A DNA stretch of 64,000 nt from positions 13,784 through 77,783 of the forward strand of contig JAZORT010000022.1 in the NCBI GenBank assembly GCA_045656745.1, in the 5' to 3' direction. Source of the stretch: Eubacteriales bacterium. Its GTDB lineage: Bacteria; Bacillota; Clostridia; Oscillospirales; CAG-272. Numbering within the stretch: the first letter of the stretch is position 1; every line of letters begins with the position of its first letter. The notes beneath the pieces are model-generated. The model was not told the DNA's origin. It did not search any database and saw nothing but the letters and a program-made list of their open reading frames with translations. Below are positions 47,284-57,449 of this stretch, in pieces. Made by a program: the position numbers and the translations under genes.

Positions 47284-48123
47284 ATGAACAAAAAACGCTC
47301 GTTAATGCATTCTATCGCAGCGGCTCCGCATATTTTCTGGGCGATACTGTTTATCGTTTTACCGCTTTTGATAGTTTTGTTTTACGCCTTTACCGACGAG
47401 ACCGGCGCATTCTCGCTCTGGAACATCGCGGCACTGAAGGATTATCTTCCCGTATTCCTTACATCCTTTGAGCTTGCGGTTATTGCTACCGTAATCTGCC
47501 TTTTGGTCGGTTATCCTATGGCTTACGCCATAGCGAGAGCAAAGCCCAAGCACCAAAAAATCTACATACTGATGCTTATGCTCCCTATGTGGACGAACCT
47601 TCTTATAAGAACCTATTCAATAATGGCGCTTCTTGACGACGGTGGATTTATTAACACCTGGCTTATGAATATTACCGGCTCTGAGGAGCCTATCTTCCAC
47701 TTTATCGGCACTAAGGGCGCGGTTATCTTCGGAATGGTATACGACTTCCTTCCCTATATGGTTTTGCCTATTTACACCTGCGTTTCTAAGATAGACAAGC
47801 ATATGTGGGAGGCGGCAAGCGACCTCGGATGCAGTCCCGTCAAGGTTATGACCAAGGTTATTCTTCCCCTTTCGACCTCGGGTATTATCTCGGGTGTTAC
47901 TATGGTACTCGTTCCCTGCATCAGCACCTTCTATATTTCGCAAAAGCTTGGCGGCGGTACCTTCGAGCTTATCGGTGACACCATCGAGCGCCAGTTTGTC
48001 AACGGTGCAAGAAACATCGGCGCGGCAATATCTCTCGTTATGATGATACTTATTCTCATTTCTCTTGCGATAATGAATAAGTTCACCGATTCTGACGGAG
48101 AAGACGGAGGTATCATCGTATGA
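47284..48123 (+). CDS. potB: spermidine/putrescine ABC transporter permease
   Basis: Six TM helices with an EAA-like loop (EAASDLGCSPVKVMTKVILPL). Confidence 0.8.
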   Translation: MNKKRSLMHSIAAAPHIFWAILFIVLPLLIVLFYAFTDETGAFSLWNIAALKDYLPVFLTSFELAVIATVICLLVGYPMAYAIARAKPKHQKIYILMLMLPMWTNLLIRTYSIMALLDDGGFINTWLMNITGSEEPIFHFIGTKGAVIFGMVYDFLPYMVLPIYTCVSKIDKHMWEAASDLGCSPVKVMTKVILPLSTSGIISGVTMVLVPCISTFYISQKLGGGTFELIGDTIERQFVNGARNIGAAISLVMMILILISLAIMNKFTDSDGEDGGIIV

Positions 48124-48938
48124 AAAAGTACGCTTGGAGAATATACCTCGCTATCATCTTTGCCATTCTTTATATCCCTATTATTACGCTTATTCTCTTT
48201 TCGTTCAATGCAGATTCAAGCACAGCGGACTTTGCGGGATTCAGCCTTCAGTGGTACAAGGAGCTTTTCTCCTCTAAAGAGACCTTTGAGGCTTTGAGAA
48301 ACACGCTTATTCTCGCTGTTCTTTCCTCGGTGATTTCAACCGTTATCGGCACCGCGGCGGCAGAGGGAATCTACAAAATGAAAAGCAAATTTGCCAAAAA
48401 GACGGTTATTTCAATAAGCAACATTCCTATGATGAATCCCGAGATCGTTACCGGTATGTCGATGATGCTCTTCTTCGTTGCCGTTGCGGGATTTCTCCGC
48501 CTTGAATACGAGACTATCGGCTTCTGGGCTATGCTTATTGCCCACGTAACCTTCTGTCTGCCCTATGTTATTCTCTCGGTGCTTCCGAGAATTAACGAGC
48601 TGGGCGACTCGCTTTCCGAGGCGGCGCTTGACCTCGGTTGTACTCCTATGCAGTCCTTCTTTAAGGTTAAACTGCCTAACATTATGCCCGGTGTTATCTC
48701 CGGTCTTACAATGGCGTTTACCCTTTCGCTCGACGACTTCGTTATTTCCTATTTCGTCGGCTCCTCAAACTTCCAGACTCTTCCCCTGCTCATCTACTCG
48801 ATGACGAAGAAGAAGGTTACCCCCGATATGTACGCGCTCTCAACGCTTATCGTATTCGCGGTGTTCGTGCTCCTGCTTATTTCCAATATGAAGCGCGACA
48901 AGAGTCTGCCCAAGAAGCAAGGAGGTAGAAAAAGATGA
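48120..48938 (+). CDS. potC: spermidine/putrescine ABC transporter permease
   Basis: EAALDLGCTPMQSFFKVKLP. ATGA overlap with potB. Confidence 0.8.
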   Translation: MKKYAWRIYLAIIFAILYIPIITLILFSFNADSSTADFAGFSLQWYKELFSSKETFEALRNTLILAVLSSVISTVIGTAAAEGIYKMKSKFAKKTVISISNIPMMNPEIVTGMSMMLFFVAVAGFLRLEYETIGFWAMLIAHVTFCLPYVILSVLPRINELGDSLSEAALDLGCTPMQSFFKVKLPNIMPGVISGLTMAFTLSLDDFVISYFVGSSNFQTLPLLIYSMTKKKVTPDMYALSTLIVFAVFVLLLISNMKRDKSLPKKQGGRKR

Positions 48939-50320
48939 AAAGACTTTCTGCCCTGATTTTTGTTGCTATTGCTTCAATTTTTATCCTTGCTTCCTGCAAG
49001 GGTAACGAAAAGACAATAACACTCAACGTTTACAACTGGGGTGAATATATCTCTGACGGCTCTGACGGAAGCTATGACACGAACGCAGAGTTTGAAGAGT
49101 ACTTTAACACCTATCTTTCCGAAAAATACGGCGGTGTAAAGGTTAAAGTCAACTACACAAACTACCCCACAAACGAGGATATGTACTCGAAGCTGAAGAG
49201 TGGCTCGGGCTCCTATGATGTTATCTGTCCCTCCGACTATATGATCGAAAAGCTTATTGCCGAGGACATGCTTCTCCCCCTTAACTGGGACGGTCTCAAG
49301 GGTGAGTCCTACCGCGAGAGCCTTAACCCCGATTACGTCGGTAATTCCTTCGACCCCGAGGATAAATACTCGGTTCCCTACACCTACGGTCGCACCGGTA
49401 TTATCTACAACACCACTATGGTTGACCAAGAGGATATTAACGGAAGCTGGTCGCTCCTTTGGAATCCCAAGTACAAGGGTAAAATTCTTCAGTTTAACAA
49501 CCCCCGCGATGCATTCGGTACCGCTATGTATTGGAAAAACATAGATATAAACTCTACCGATCCTGCCGACTGGGACGAGGCGCTCGAGCTTCTCAAGGAG
49601 CAAAAGCCCTATCTCCAAGGCTATGTTAACGATGAAATATTTGACAAAATGACCGGCGAATCCGCCGCAATTGCAACCTATTTCGTCGGTGACTTTGTTA
49701 CAATGTATTCCGAAAACGACGACCTTGCCTTCTATTATCCCAAGGAGGGTACGAACGTTTTCGTTGACGCCTTTTGTATACCCACATCTGCAAAAAATCC
49801 CGATATCGCAATGGAGTATATAAACTTTATGCTCTCCCCCGATACGGCTATTGCAAACGCAACCTACCTCGGTTATTCCTCTCCCTCAAGATATGTTTAC
49901 GACCCTGAGGGTGCGCCCGAATACGCCGAGTATAACGAGCAGTATTTCGAAAGCCTGGTTTACGACTTCTTCCTTGATGCAGAGGATGAAGAAAATCCCA
50001 CCGATGAGGAGATTGCTCTTGCGGAAGAAAAGGCGGAAATGATTTTTGCCCTGCTTTATGAAAGCGACCTTGATTTTGAGTATTCCCACAATCCTATATA
50101 CGAAAACTTCACCCCCGAGATACAGAGATACACAAACTCTCTTTGGGAGGAACTAAAGATATACGGAACATCAGACCCGTGGGTACACATTACAAGCGGC
50201 GCAATAATTTTAGGCGTTCTTTTCTGGGCAATCTATTCCCTGGTTATTAAGAAAAAACGCTCAAAGTTCTATCGTGTACGCGACAAAGAGCTGAAAAAAG
50301 CAAAAGCAGAAAACAACTAA
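48935..50320 (+). CDS. potD: polyamine-binding lipoprotein with extra acidic insert and C-terminal TM tail
   Basis: Lipobox ILASC. PotD-like pattern (NVYNWGEYI, VICPSDYM). The C-terminus has GAIILGVLFWAIYSLVI followed by KKKRSK. Confidence 0.75.
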   Translation: MKRLSALIFVAIASIFILASCKGNEKTITLNVYNWGEYISDGSDGSYDTNAEFEEYFNTYLSEKYGGVKVKVNYTNYPTNEDMYSKLKSGSGSYDVICPSDYMIEKLIAEDMLLPLNWDGLKGESYRESLNPDYVGNSFDPEDKYSVPYTYGRTGIIYNTTMVDQEDINGSWSLLWNPKYKGKILQFNNPRDAFGTAMYWKNIDINSTDPADWDEALELLKEQKPYLQGYVNDEIFDKMTGESAAIATYFVGDFVTMYSENDDLAFYYPKEGTNVFVDAFCIPTSAKNPDIAMEYINFMLSPDTAIANATYLGYSSPSRYVYDPEGAPEYAEYNEQYFESLVYDFFLDAEDEENPTDEEIALAEEKAEMIFALLYESDLDFEYSHNPIYENFTPEIQRYTNSLWEELKIYGTSDPWVHITSGAIILGVLFWAIYSLVIKKKRSKFYRVRDKELKKAKAENN

Positions 50321-50402
50321 ACAAAAAAAGAGAAAACCAAACGGCATATTTTTACCTCGGGCAAAAGCTCGGATAAAACGCCACAGCGGTTTTCTCTTTT
50401 TA

Positions 50403-51314
50403 TTATTTCAATACAATTTTGTCAACCTCGTCTGCGGTGGCAAAGGGAGGAATAAAGCTCTCGGAGGCGGTACCGCCCTCTTGAATAAAGGCGTTGGTTA
50501 TTCCGAGGCGCTCGGCGTAATCAACAAGCTGGGCGTATTCCTCTGAGCTTACCCGTCTGTTTAAGGGTGCGCTCATCCCCGCCATCGGGGTGTACTGATT
50601 CATAAGGCTTAAATAGATGTTATCGCCGTATTCGGAATAAAGATATTTTACTATAAGCTTTGCCTCGGCAACATGTGCGGGCAGAAGAAGAATTCGCGCA
50701 ATAACGCCCTTTTTCATCATTCCGTAACCGTCAAAGCTCGGCGCGGGAATCTGCCTTACCATTTCCCTGACGGCTTCTCTTGCAACTGCGGGATAGTCCT
50801 CGGCCAATGCCAATTTCTTTGCGGTTTTCGGGGTATAAAACTTAAAATCGGGGAGGTAAATATCCACAAGCCCCGAAAGAGTCCTAAGCGCCTCGGGGCT
50901 ATCGTAGCTTCCCGTATTATACACTATCGGCAGGGCAAGTCCCTTTTTCTTTGCGGTTATCAGCGCCTCTCTTACCGAGGGGATAAAGTGGGTCGGGGTA
51001 ACAAGGTTTATATTATGTGCGCCCGCAGCCTCCAGCCTTAGCATTGTATCGGCAAGCTCATCAGGCGAAAGCGCTTTGCCGTTTCTGCCTCGGGATATTT
51101 GTCTGTTTTGGCAAAATACACATCCTAAAGAGCAACCGTCAAAGAATATTGTACCCGAGCCTCGCTCTCCCGAAATCGGCGGCTCCTCCCACCTGTGGAG
51201 CGAATAATACGAGATATACATCTCGTTCAAAAAACCGCAAAAGCCTCTTTTTTCTTCTCTGTCAACAAGGCAGGAGCGGGCGCAGAGGTTGCATTTTTTG
51301 TATTCGTTTTTCAT
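50403..51314 (-). CDS. radical SAM protein (PFL-activase-like)
   Basis: CSLGCVFCQN is the CX3CX2C motif. There is also an N-terminal CNLCARSC..FCG cluster. Confidence 0.75.
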   Translation of the reverse strand: MKNEYKKCNLCARSCLVDREEKRGFCGFLNEMYISYYSLHRWEEPPISGERGSGTIFFDGCSLGCVFCQNRQISRGRNGKALSPDELADTMLRLEAAGAHNINLVTPTHFIPSVREALITAKKKGLALPIVYNTGSYDSPEALRTLSGLVDIYLPDFKFYTPKTAKKLALAEDYPAVAREAVREMVRQIPAPSFDGYGMMKKGVIARILLLPAHVAEAKLIVKYLYSEYGDNIYLSLMNQYTPMAGMSAPLNRRVSSEEYAQLVDYAERLGITNAFIQEGGTASESFIPPFATADEVDKIVLK

Positions 51315-51340
51315 AGCCGCACTCTCCTTTCATTTTGTTG

Positions 51341-51369
51341 TTGACACGGCAGTGTATATGTGGTATAAT
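51341..51369 (+). promoter_or_regulatory. sigma-A promoter with extended -10
   Basis: TTGACA (51341-51346), 17-nt spacer ending in TGG, TATAAT (51364-51369). Confidence 0.6.
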
Positions 51370-51397
51370 GTTTAAAAAAGCATTTTGGAGTAGAATT

Positions 51398-51886
51398 ATG
51401 GATAAAAGAGAAGGATACATATCCTGGGACGAATATTTTATGGGAGTTGCGGTGCTTGCATCACAGAGGTCAAAGGACCCATCAACTCAGGTTGGCGCGT
51501 GTATCGTTGACAACGATAAAAGAATAATTTCAACAGGCTATAACGGCTTCCCCCACGGTTGCTCCGACGACGATTTTCCCTGGAACAGAGACGAGAAAAA
51601 GGGAGAAACGAAATATCCCTTCGTTGTTCACGCGGAGCTTAACGCAATTCTTAACGCAGGAGGCAGACCCCTCTTCGGCTCTACCGTTTATGTTGCCCTC
51701 TTCCCCTGCAACGAGTGTGCAAAGGCAATAATTCAATCGGGCATCAAGGAGGTTATCTACCTTTCGGATAAGTACCACGACACTCCCTCCGTCATTGCAT
51801 CAAGGCGTATGCTCGAGTCCGCAGGAGTAAAGCTCACTCAGCTGAAGCCCACCAAGGCACAGCTTGTGCTCAACTTCAAAGAATAA
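51398..51886 (+). CDS. dCMP deaminase (ComEB family)
   Basis: WDEYFMGVA, HAELNAI and PCNECAK. ATG 51398 follows a GGAG RBS. Confidence 0.85.
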   Translation: MDKREGYISWDEYFMGVAVLASQRSKDPSTQVGACIVDNDKRIISTGYNGFPHGCSDDDFPWNRDEKKGETKYPFVVHAELNAILNAGGRPLFGSTVYVALFPCNECAKAIIQSGIKEVIYLSDKYHDTPSVIASRRMLESAGVKLTQLKPTKAQLVLNFKE

Positions 51887-51966
51887 TTTTTTAAAGCTTG
51901 AACGAAACTCACGTTCAAGCTTTTTTATTTGTTACAATTTGTTATCAGCAAACGAGAGAGCGCATC

Positions 51967-53115
51967 TTAACCGTCTATTCCGAAATATTCTTTAATATTT
52001 TGGGCGGTGGTAAGGAAGCTGCCCTGCACCATTCCCGCCTTTCCGCCTCCTCTGCCCGAGAGGGCGGTGTTTATTTCCTTAATCACCTTTGTAAGGTCTT
52101 GCGTATCGGAGGCCAGGATATACTTGTACTCGCCTTCGGCGCCCGAGAGCGCAACGGTTATGCCGCCTACTCTTTTTTTATACTCGTTTGCAAAGGCGCG
52201 AAGCTCGTCAAAGGAATAATCCTCAAGAATTGTAAAGGAATTGCCCTCGCAGGAGGGGAGAGATGAGGCTTCGGCTTTTGCAAGAGCCTCGCGGGTGTGC
52301 TTTAAGGCGTTTTTCAGCACCTCGGTGTCCTTCGTCAGCTTCTTTAGTGCCTCTGCGGTTTCGTGCTGGGGAGCAGAGAGAAGTGCCGAGATTTTAAGAA
52401 TATTTTCGTACTTTATTCTGTAATCAAAGAGGGCGCGCTTGCCTGCTGCCATCCAAATGCGGGTACCCCCTCTGTGCTTCATAAAATCAAGAATTTTAAT
52501 AAGTCCTATCTCGCCCGTCATTGAAACGTGGGGAGCGCAGCAGGCGCAGGCGTCAACGTCACCTACGGTAACTATTCTTACACTGTCGTCAGCCTCAATT
52601 TTTGACCTATATTCAAGGGTTTCAAGGCTTTTTGCACCGGGGAACTCGGCTTTAACTTTAAGGTTTTTAAAAACCGCCTCGTTTGCCTTTTCTTCAACCA
52701 AATCAAGCTGCTCTCGGGTGAGGATTGCGTTAATATCAAAGGTTACCTCGTCCTCGCCAAGGTGGAAGCCCACATTATCGTAGCCCCAAAGTGAGTGGAT
52801 TATACCGCAGAGAATATGCTCGGCGGTGTGCTGCTGCATTTTATCAAACCTTTCGTCAAAATCAAGCGTGCAATAGACCTCTCTGCTCTCGGGCGCACTT
52901 GAAAGAAGGTGGTAAACGACACCCTCGCGCTCAAAAACATCAAGGACTCTTATACCGCAGATTTCGCCCTTATCCGAGCTTTGACCGCCCTCCTCGGGGA
53001 AAAACGCGGTTTTGTCAAGCACGACCTCAAAGCCTCCCTCTGCCTCAGCGCAGGAAATCACCGAAGCATCAAAGCTTTTTATGTATGCGTCATCGTAATA
53101 GAGTTTTTTAGTCAT
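51967..53115 (-). CDS. AlaX-L-type alanyl-tRNA editing protein
   Basis: LDKTAFFPEEGGQ, HTAEHIL, CCAPHV and a DHHA1-like C-terminus (GRGGGKAGMVQG). Confidence 0.75.
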   Translation of the reverse strand: MTKKLYYDDAYIKSFDASVISCAEAEGGFEVVLDKTAFFPEEGGQSSDKGEICGIRVLDVFEREGVVYHLLSSAPESREVYCTLDFDERFDKMQQHTAEHILCGIIHSLWGYDNVGFHLGEDEVTFDINAILTREQLDLVEEKANEAVFKNLKVKAEFPGAKSLETLEYRSKIEADDSVRIVTVGDVDACACCAPHVSMTGEIGLIKILDFMKHRGGTRIWMAAGKRALFDYRIKYENILKISALLSAPQHETAEALKKLTKDTEVLKNALKHTREALAKAEASSLPSCEGNSFTILEDYSFDELRAFANEYKKRVGGITVALSGAEGEYKYILASDTQDLTKVIKEINTALSGRGGGKAGMVQGSFLTTAQNIKEYFGIDG

Positions 53116-53792
53116 CAGAGTTCTCCGTATTTTTCTTTATCAAAAAGCGACCAAGGGTATCCCGAAAGGTCGGGGAGTCTTTCGGCAGATATTTTCTTGC
53201 CGAAAAGCTCAAAAGAAAGTCTGTATGCAAAAAGCGCGGGCATTTTTGCTCCGTTGTCGCGGCTGCCGTACTTTCCGTCACCCGAGATAGGCGCACCGCG
53301 CGAGGCAAACTGTACCCTTATTTGGTGAAATCTGCCCGTTTTCAGCTTTACTTTAACAAGTGAGCGCTCGCCCTTTTCGGTTGATAGAGAAGCGAGGGTC
53401 GAAAAGTCAAGCTCGGCTTCCTTTACCCCTGCTCTGCTCCTTTCAACCACAAAGGCCTTAGAGAGTCTTGAGTCTTTATAGATAAAGTCTCGAAGAGTGC
53501 CGCCCTCAAGCCTTGAATCTATAACCGCGAGATATTCCTTGCCTATCCCCTCACCGCAAACAAGGCGGGACAGCTCGGCGGCAGACCTTTTATTCCTTGC
53601 AAAAACGAGGAGTCCGCCCACAACGCGGTCAAGGCGGTGGATAAGATAAAGCTCGGAGGGCTCGCCTGCCTCTTTAAGCGAGGAAGACGATAGCGTCAGT
53701 GCATCGGCATCACCGCTTTTATCCGATTGAGACGGAAGCCCCGGGGGCTTATAGATTATTACGCAGTTTTTATCCTTAAAAAGAAATTCCAT
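53115..53792 (-). CDS. RluA-family pseudouridine synthase
   Basis: HRLDRVVGGLLVFA and GRFHQIRVQ. Confidence 0.8.
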   Translation of the reverse strand: MEFLFKDKNCVIIYKPPGLPSQSDKSGDADALTLSSSSLKEAGEPSELYLIHRLDRVVGGLLVFARNKRSAAELSRLVCGEGIGKEYLAVIDSRLEGGTLRDFIYKDSRLSKAFVVERSRAGVKEAELDFSTLASLSTEKGERSLVKVKLKTGRFHQIRVQFASRGAPISGDGKYGSRDNGAKMPALFAYRLSFELFGKKISAERLPDLSGYPWSLFDKEKYGEL

Positions 53793-53842
53793 ATATCTCC
53801 AAATTTAATACGGGCTGCACACAAAGCGCGGCAGCCCAATTT

Positions 53843-54373
53843 TTATATCTTTTTCTTGATGTTTATAATGCGGTAGATTACGGGAACAAGAACCATATTT
53901 ACCGTAATTTCAATTAAGAAATTAAAGCTGATAAACACATTTATCACTGTTGAAAGATTGCCCTCGAAGAATATAAGCGAGCCAACAAGGAACACGCCAG
54001 TATTAACGACCGTTGCAACAGCTGCCGACAAAGCAACTGCAAAATATCTGTTAAATTTATTAGTAAGCTTATACGCAACTCCCGCAAGGCAACCTGCAAG
54101 TATACCCTTGACCAAAACGGTAACAACAGTACCGAATGCGTTAAAGGACATAAACGAAGCCGTTCCGGGGAGCATAAGAACCACCGCGCCGAAAACGAAG
54201 CCAAGCCAGCTTCCCGCGGAAGTGCCGCAAAGCGCCGCACCGATAACTATGGCAGGGACAGAAAGCGCAAGCTCAAAGGTTGCAATCCTTATGGGAATAA
54301 ACTGCAAAACAACGACTATCGCAGTCAAAACAGCAAGATAAGTCATTTTTCGAATATCGATTTTTTTGGTCAT
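53843..54373 (-). CDS. ECF transporter S component (substrate unknown)
   Basis: 176 aa with six TM helices. The N-terminus is IRKMTYLAVLTAIVVVL. AAGGAGG RBS. Confidence 0.6.
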   Translation of the reverse strand: MTKKIDIRKMTYLAVLTAIVVVLQFIPIRIATFELALSVPAIVIGAALCGTSAGSWLGFVFGAVVLMLPGTASFMSFNAFGTVVTVLVKGILAGCLAGVAYKLTNKFNRYFAVALSAAVATVVNTGVFLVGSLIFFEGNLSTVINVFISFNFLIEITVNMVLVPVIYRIINIKKKI

Positions 54374-54455
54374 AAGAAGCCTCCTTAAACTGATTTACGA
54401 ACACATTATAACATATAAAAAAATATTTTTCAATATTTTCGCAAAATAAAATGGT

Positions 54456-56282
54456 CTATTTTCTTTTACTTTTAACCTTAACGGCTTCCCCACCCAAAAG
54501 CGCAATCATTTTTACCGCCGTAATGTCAAAACCGTTTGCGCATACGGTAAGAGCCTTATCAATACTTCCCTCGGCTATAACCTTTACACGAAAGGCGCTT
54601 TCGGGAAGAAGTCCGCGCTCTTTCATTTTGTTAATATCAACCCTATCCCCCACAGAAAAGGCGCGGGAAATTTCACCTATTGAAACGGCAGCCAATGCAT
54701 CGCCCGAGGATAGAACAAAGCCCTCTTTTTTTATCATATTCTTTGCAAGCTTTGAGGACAAAAGACCGTCCGCCCCCTCAGCCGTAAGGGTGAAAAATCT
54801 GCTTTGAAGGCTATCCTCCGTATCAGCGACTGATGTGTCAGGATCGGGGGCTGTATCGGGGTTGTTTCTTGCACCGATGCTCTCAAGAATCTTATCCTCT
54901 TCAGCCGATTTAAAAACAAAAAATCCGGCAAAAAATATCAAAACAAAAACTGCCGCAGCCGCAAAAAATGCAACGCCTATCGAAGTTTTGTTTTTTGCGT
55001 TTTCGGCACTAAAATTCAGGCAGTAGTTTATATCTCCCGTTTTTGCGTAGAATTTTCCGTCCTCTTCAACCGTTTCGATGTATGGATTTTCGCCCTCTGC
55101 CGCACCGCTCACCGCAACGAATTTTCCGTCAGAAAATTCAAGAAAAAGCTCTCGCGGCTTTATCTCTACATCTATATTTTCAACCTCAAAAAATGAGTAG
55201 TCATCCCCCACTCGATAGGCAACAGAGAGGCTGTATTTCCCCGAGTCGCTCACCTCGCTTACAAGAATTTTCGGCTCGTAGGAAAAGAGTATTCCGTCCT
55301 TGTACCAGCAATAGGTCACCTCTCCCAGAGAGCCAAGGGGATGATAGATTTCCGAGGGGCAAATTTCGTGCTTTTTACCGTCATACACAAAGCTCAAACC
55401 GCTAACCGAAAGGCTGGGTTTTACAAGCGAAAATGCAGGGGTCAAGGTCATATCCTCGGTTGGCAAAACCGACAAGGAATAGATGTTTTCCCCGCTTCTC
55501 CAGCCGTCATGGGCGTAGCCGAGAGGAGCATCAAGTATAGGAAGCTCCACCACCTCGCCCTCAAAGGCACAGAGCGAATAGGACTCCCCATCCTCATTAA
55601 TCAGGGTTATTTTATAGCTGTTTATCGGGTTTGCGCCCTCATCATAGAGCTTTACGCAGGGGAAAAAGTTTTTCTCGTTTGAGATAAGGCTTGAAAGCGC
55701 GGTGCCCGAGGCTGCCATAATATCCAACGTATTATCGGAAATGTATTTTTCCCCGTCCCGCACAAGGCGAATATTCCCTGCACAGTAAATATCGTAAGTT
55801 CCGCCCTCAATAACCGACTCCGAAAGCACTGTGCAAAGGCTCTCTTTGCTATTTAATTTTACCGCAAAGTCCCCCGATGTCTTTACCCACGAGTCAATGA
55901 TTTCAAGCAATCCCGACTCAACCGTAATACCGCCTCCCGAAAACTCGGCATAGCACTCCTTTAAGGTAACAAAAGCGCCCTCGTTTAGCACAACCGCCCC
56001 CTCCTCCTCGAAAAAGATATTACCGAAAAAGGCGTATTCACCTCCCGAGAGGACAATATTTTCGTAAATTCTTACATTGTCAAAAAACACCTGCCGTCCC
56101 TGACAAAATCCAAGCGCTAAAGAAGCCTCGCCTCCCTTGTAAATTACCTCCTCGCCATCGTAAAGAATGTATTCACCCATAAATGTCTTTAGGCAAAGGG
56201 GCGTTTCTTCCGCGCCCTCCGCCCTTGCGCAAATCGGAAAAATAAGTAATGAAAGCAACAGTAAAACAAAAAACCTTTTCAT
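54456..56282 (-). CDS. secreted/membrane protein with cytoplasmic uL15-like C-terminal domain
   Basis: GAGGTG RBS then ATG 56282. Signal peptide ..ICARAEG. One TM (IGVAFFAAAAVFVLIFFAGFFVF). The C-terminus VDINKMKERGLL..RVKVIAEGSIDKALTV..FDITAVKMIALLGGEA parallels the uL15 C-terminus. Confidence 0.55.
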   Translation of the reverse strand: MKRFFVLLLLSLLIFPICARAEGAEETPLCLKTFMGEYILYDGEEVIYKGGEASLALGFCQGRQVFFDNVRIYENIVLSGGEYAFFGNIFFEEEGAVVLNEGAFVTLKECYAEFSGGGITVESGLLEIIDSWVKTSGDFAVKLNSKESLCTVLSESVIEGGTYDIYCAGNIRLVRDGEKYISDNTLDIMAASGTALSSLISNEKNFFPCVKLYDEGANPINSYKITLINEDGESYSLCAFEGEVVELPILDAPLGYAHDGWRSGENIYSLSVLPTEDMTLTPAFSLVKPSLSVSGLSFVYDGKKHEICPSEIYHPLGSLGEVTYCWYKDGILFSYEPKILVSEVSDSGKYSLSVAYRVGDDYSFFEVENIDVEIKPRELFLEFSDGKFVAVSGAAEGENPYIETVEEDGKFYAKTGDINYCLNFSAENAKNKTSIGVAFFAAAAVFVLIFFAGFFVFKSAEEDKILESIGARNNPDTAPDPDTSVADTEDSLQSRFFTLTAEGADGLLSSKLAKNMIKKEGFVLSSGDALAAVSIGEISRAFSVGDRVDINKMKERGLLPESAFRVKVIAEGSIDKALTVCANGFDITAVKMIALLGGEAVKVKSKRK

Positions 56283-56397
56283 ATTCACACCTCTTTTTTT
56301 CTATATTCTTGACAAAAGGGCGCAAATCTTTTCAAAAAAAGAGCCGACAAAGGCAAAAAATGCCCGTCGGACTCTGAAAAACGTTTTTTACGCTTGT

Positions 56398-56595
56398 TTA
56401 TTTCTCTTTATAATAAAGGTAGCAATGGCAGTAGCCCTCGTAATTTTCGTCAGCAATCTGCTCTCTGAATTCAAGGCACATACACTTGTTTTCCTCAACT
56501 CTTTCAAGCTTGCAGGGGCAGTAACCGCCGGTCCTTTTAAGACCCTCTTTTATTGCGTTAACAACCTCTTTATCCTCATTCAGTCTTATTTTCAT
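56398..56595 (-). CDS. ferredoxin-thioredoxin-reductase catalytic-subunit-like small Cys protein
   Basis: GGYCPCKL..NKCMCLEF..GYCHCYLY matches the CPC..C.C..F..C.C pattern. GGGAGA RBS then ATG 56595. Confidence 0.6.
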   Translation of the reverse strand: MKIRLNEDKEVVNAIKEGLKRTGGYCPCKLERVEENKCMCLEFREQIADENYEGYCHCYLYYKEK

Positions 56596-56738
56596 AGCCA
56601 AATCTCCCGAGAGTTTTTTCTTTATTATAACATCTGCGGGGCAGAATTTAAAGAAAAAAAGAAAATATTTACATTTTCTTAAAAAAACTCGGCAAAAAAT
56701 ATACTACAATAAAGTTAAATCAAGCAAAGGAGCCGAAA

Positions 56739-57449
56739 ATGTCTAAATTCACAATGAAAACCTCCGTTTGTATTCACGATGTTGACTACAACGGAATTGC
56801 AAAAACCTCGGCAATAATGAAATATATGCAATCGGCGGCGCAAATGCAGCTTACCGAGAACGGTATGTCCTACGATGCCCTGCGCCAAAGAGGGGTTGCC
56901 TTTATACTTTCCCGTTTTAAAATGGAGGTGCTGCGCCCCCTTACTGCTTACACTCCGCTTGAAGCGGTGAGCTATCCCGTCGAGAGCCGCGGATTTACAT
57001 TTCTGCGCTGCTACGAGTTAAAGCTTGGCGAAGAGACGGTTGCAAGGGCGGTTTCTGCCTGGGCGCTGGTAAACACCGACTCCCGCTCGCTTGTAAGGGT
57101 AAACGACTTTGACCTTGGTTTGCCCGTATTACAGCCCCTTGACCTTGCCCTGCCGAGGATTATTATGCCCTCGGAGATTGCAGATGTAGGCGGATACGGC
57201 GTTCATTACGGTGACGTTGACCAAAATATGCACATGAACAACACAAAGTACCCCGATATGTACTCGAACTTTTTACCCTTAAAGGATAAAATGATTTCAA
57301 AGCTGTCCATAAGCTACCTAAACGAGGCGAAAATGGGCGAAAAGCTTCGTGTTTTACGTGCACAAAAGGACAATATTTTCTATTTCCGTACCGTAAGAGG
57401 AGATTCAAAGACAAATTCCGAGGCAGAAATCGAGCTTTCGGACATCTGA
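56739..57449 (+). CDS. acyl-ACP thioesterase
   Basis: 236 aa with a double hotdog pattern (DVDYNG...; DVDQNMHMNNTKY). Confidence 0.75.
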   Translation: MSKFTMKTSVCIHDVDYNGIAKTSAIMKYMQSAAQMQLTENGMSYDALRQRGVAFILSRFKMEVLRPLTAYTPLEAVSYPVESRGFTFLRCYELKLGEETVARAVSAWALVNTDSRSLVRVNDFDLGLPVLQPLDLALPRIIMPSEIADVGGYGVHYGDVDQNMHMNNTKYPDMYSNFLPLKDKMISKLSISYLNEAKMGEKLRVLRAQKDNIFYFRTVRGDSKTNSEAEIELSDI

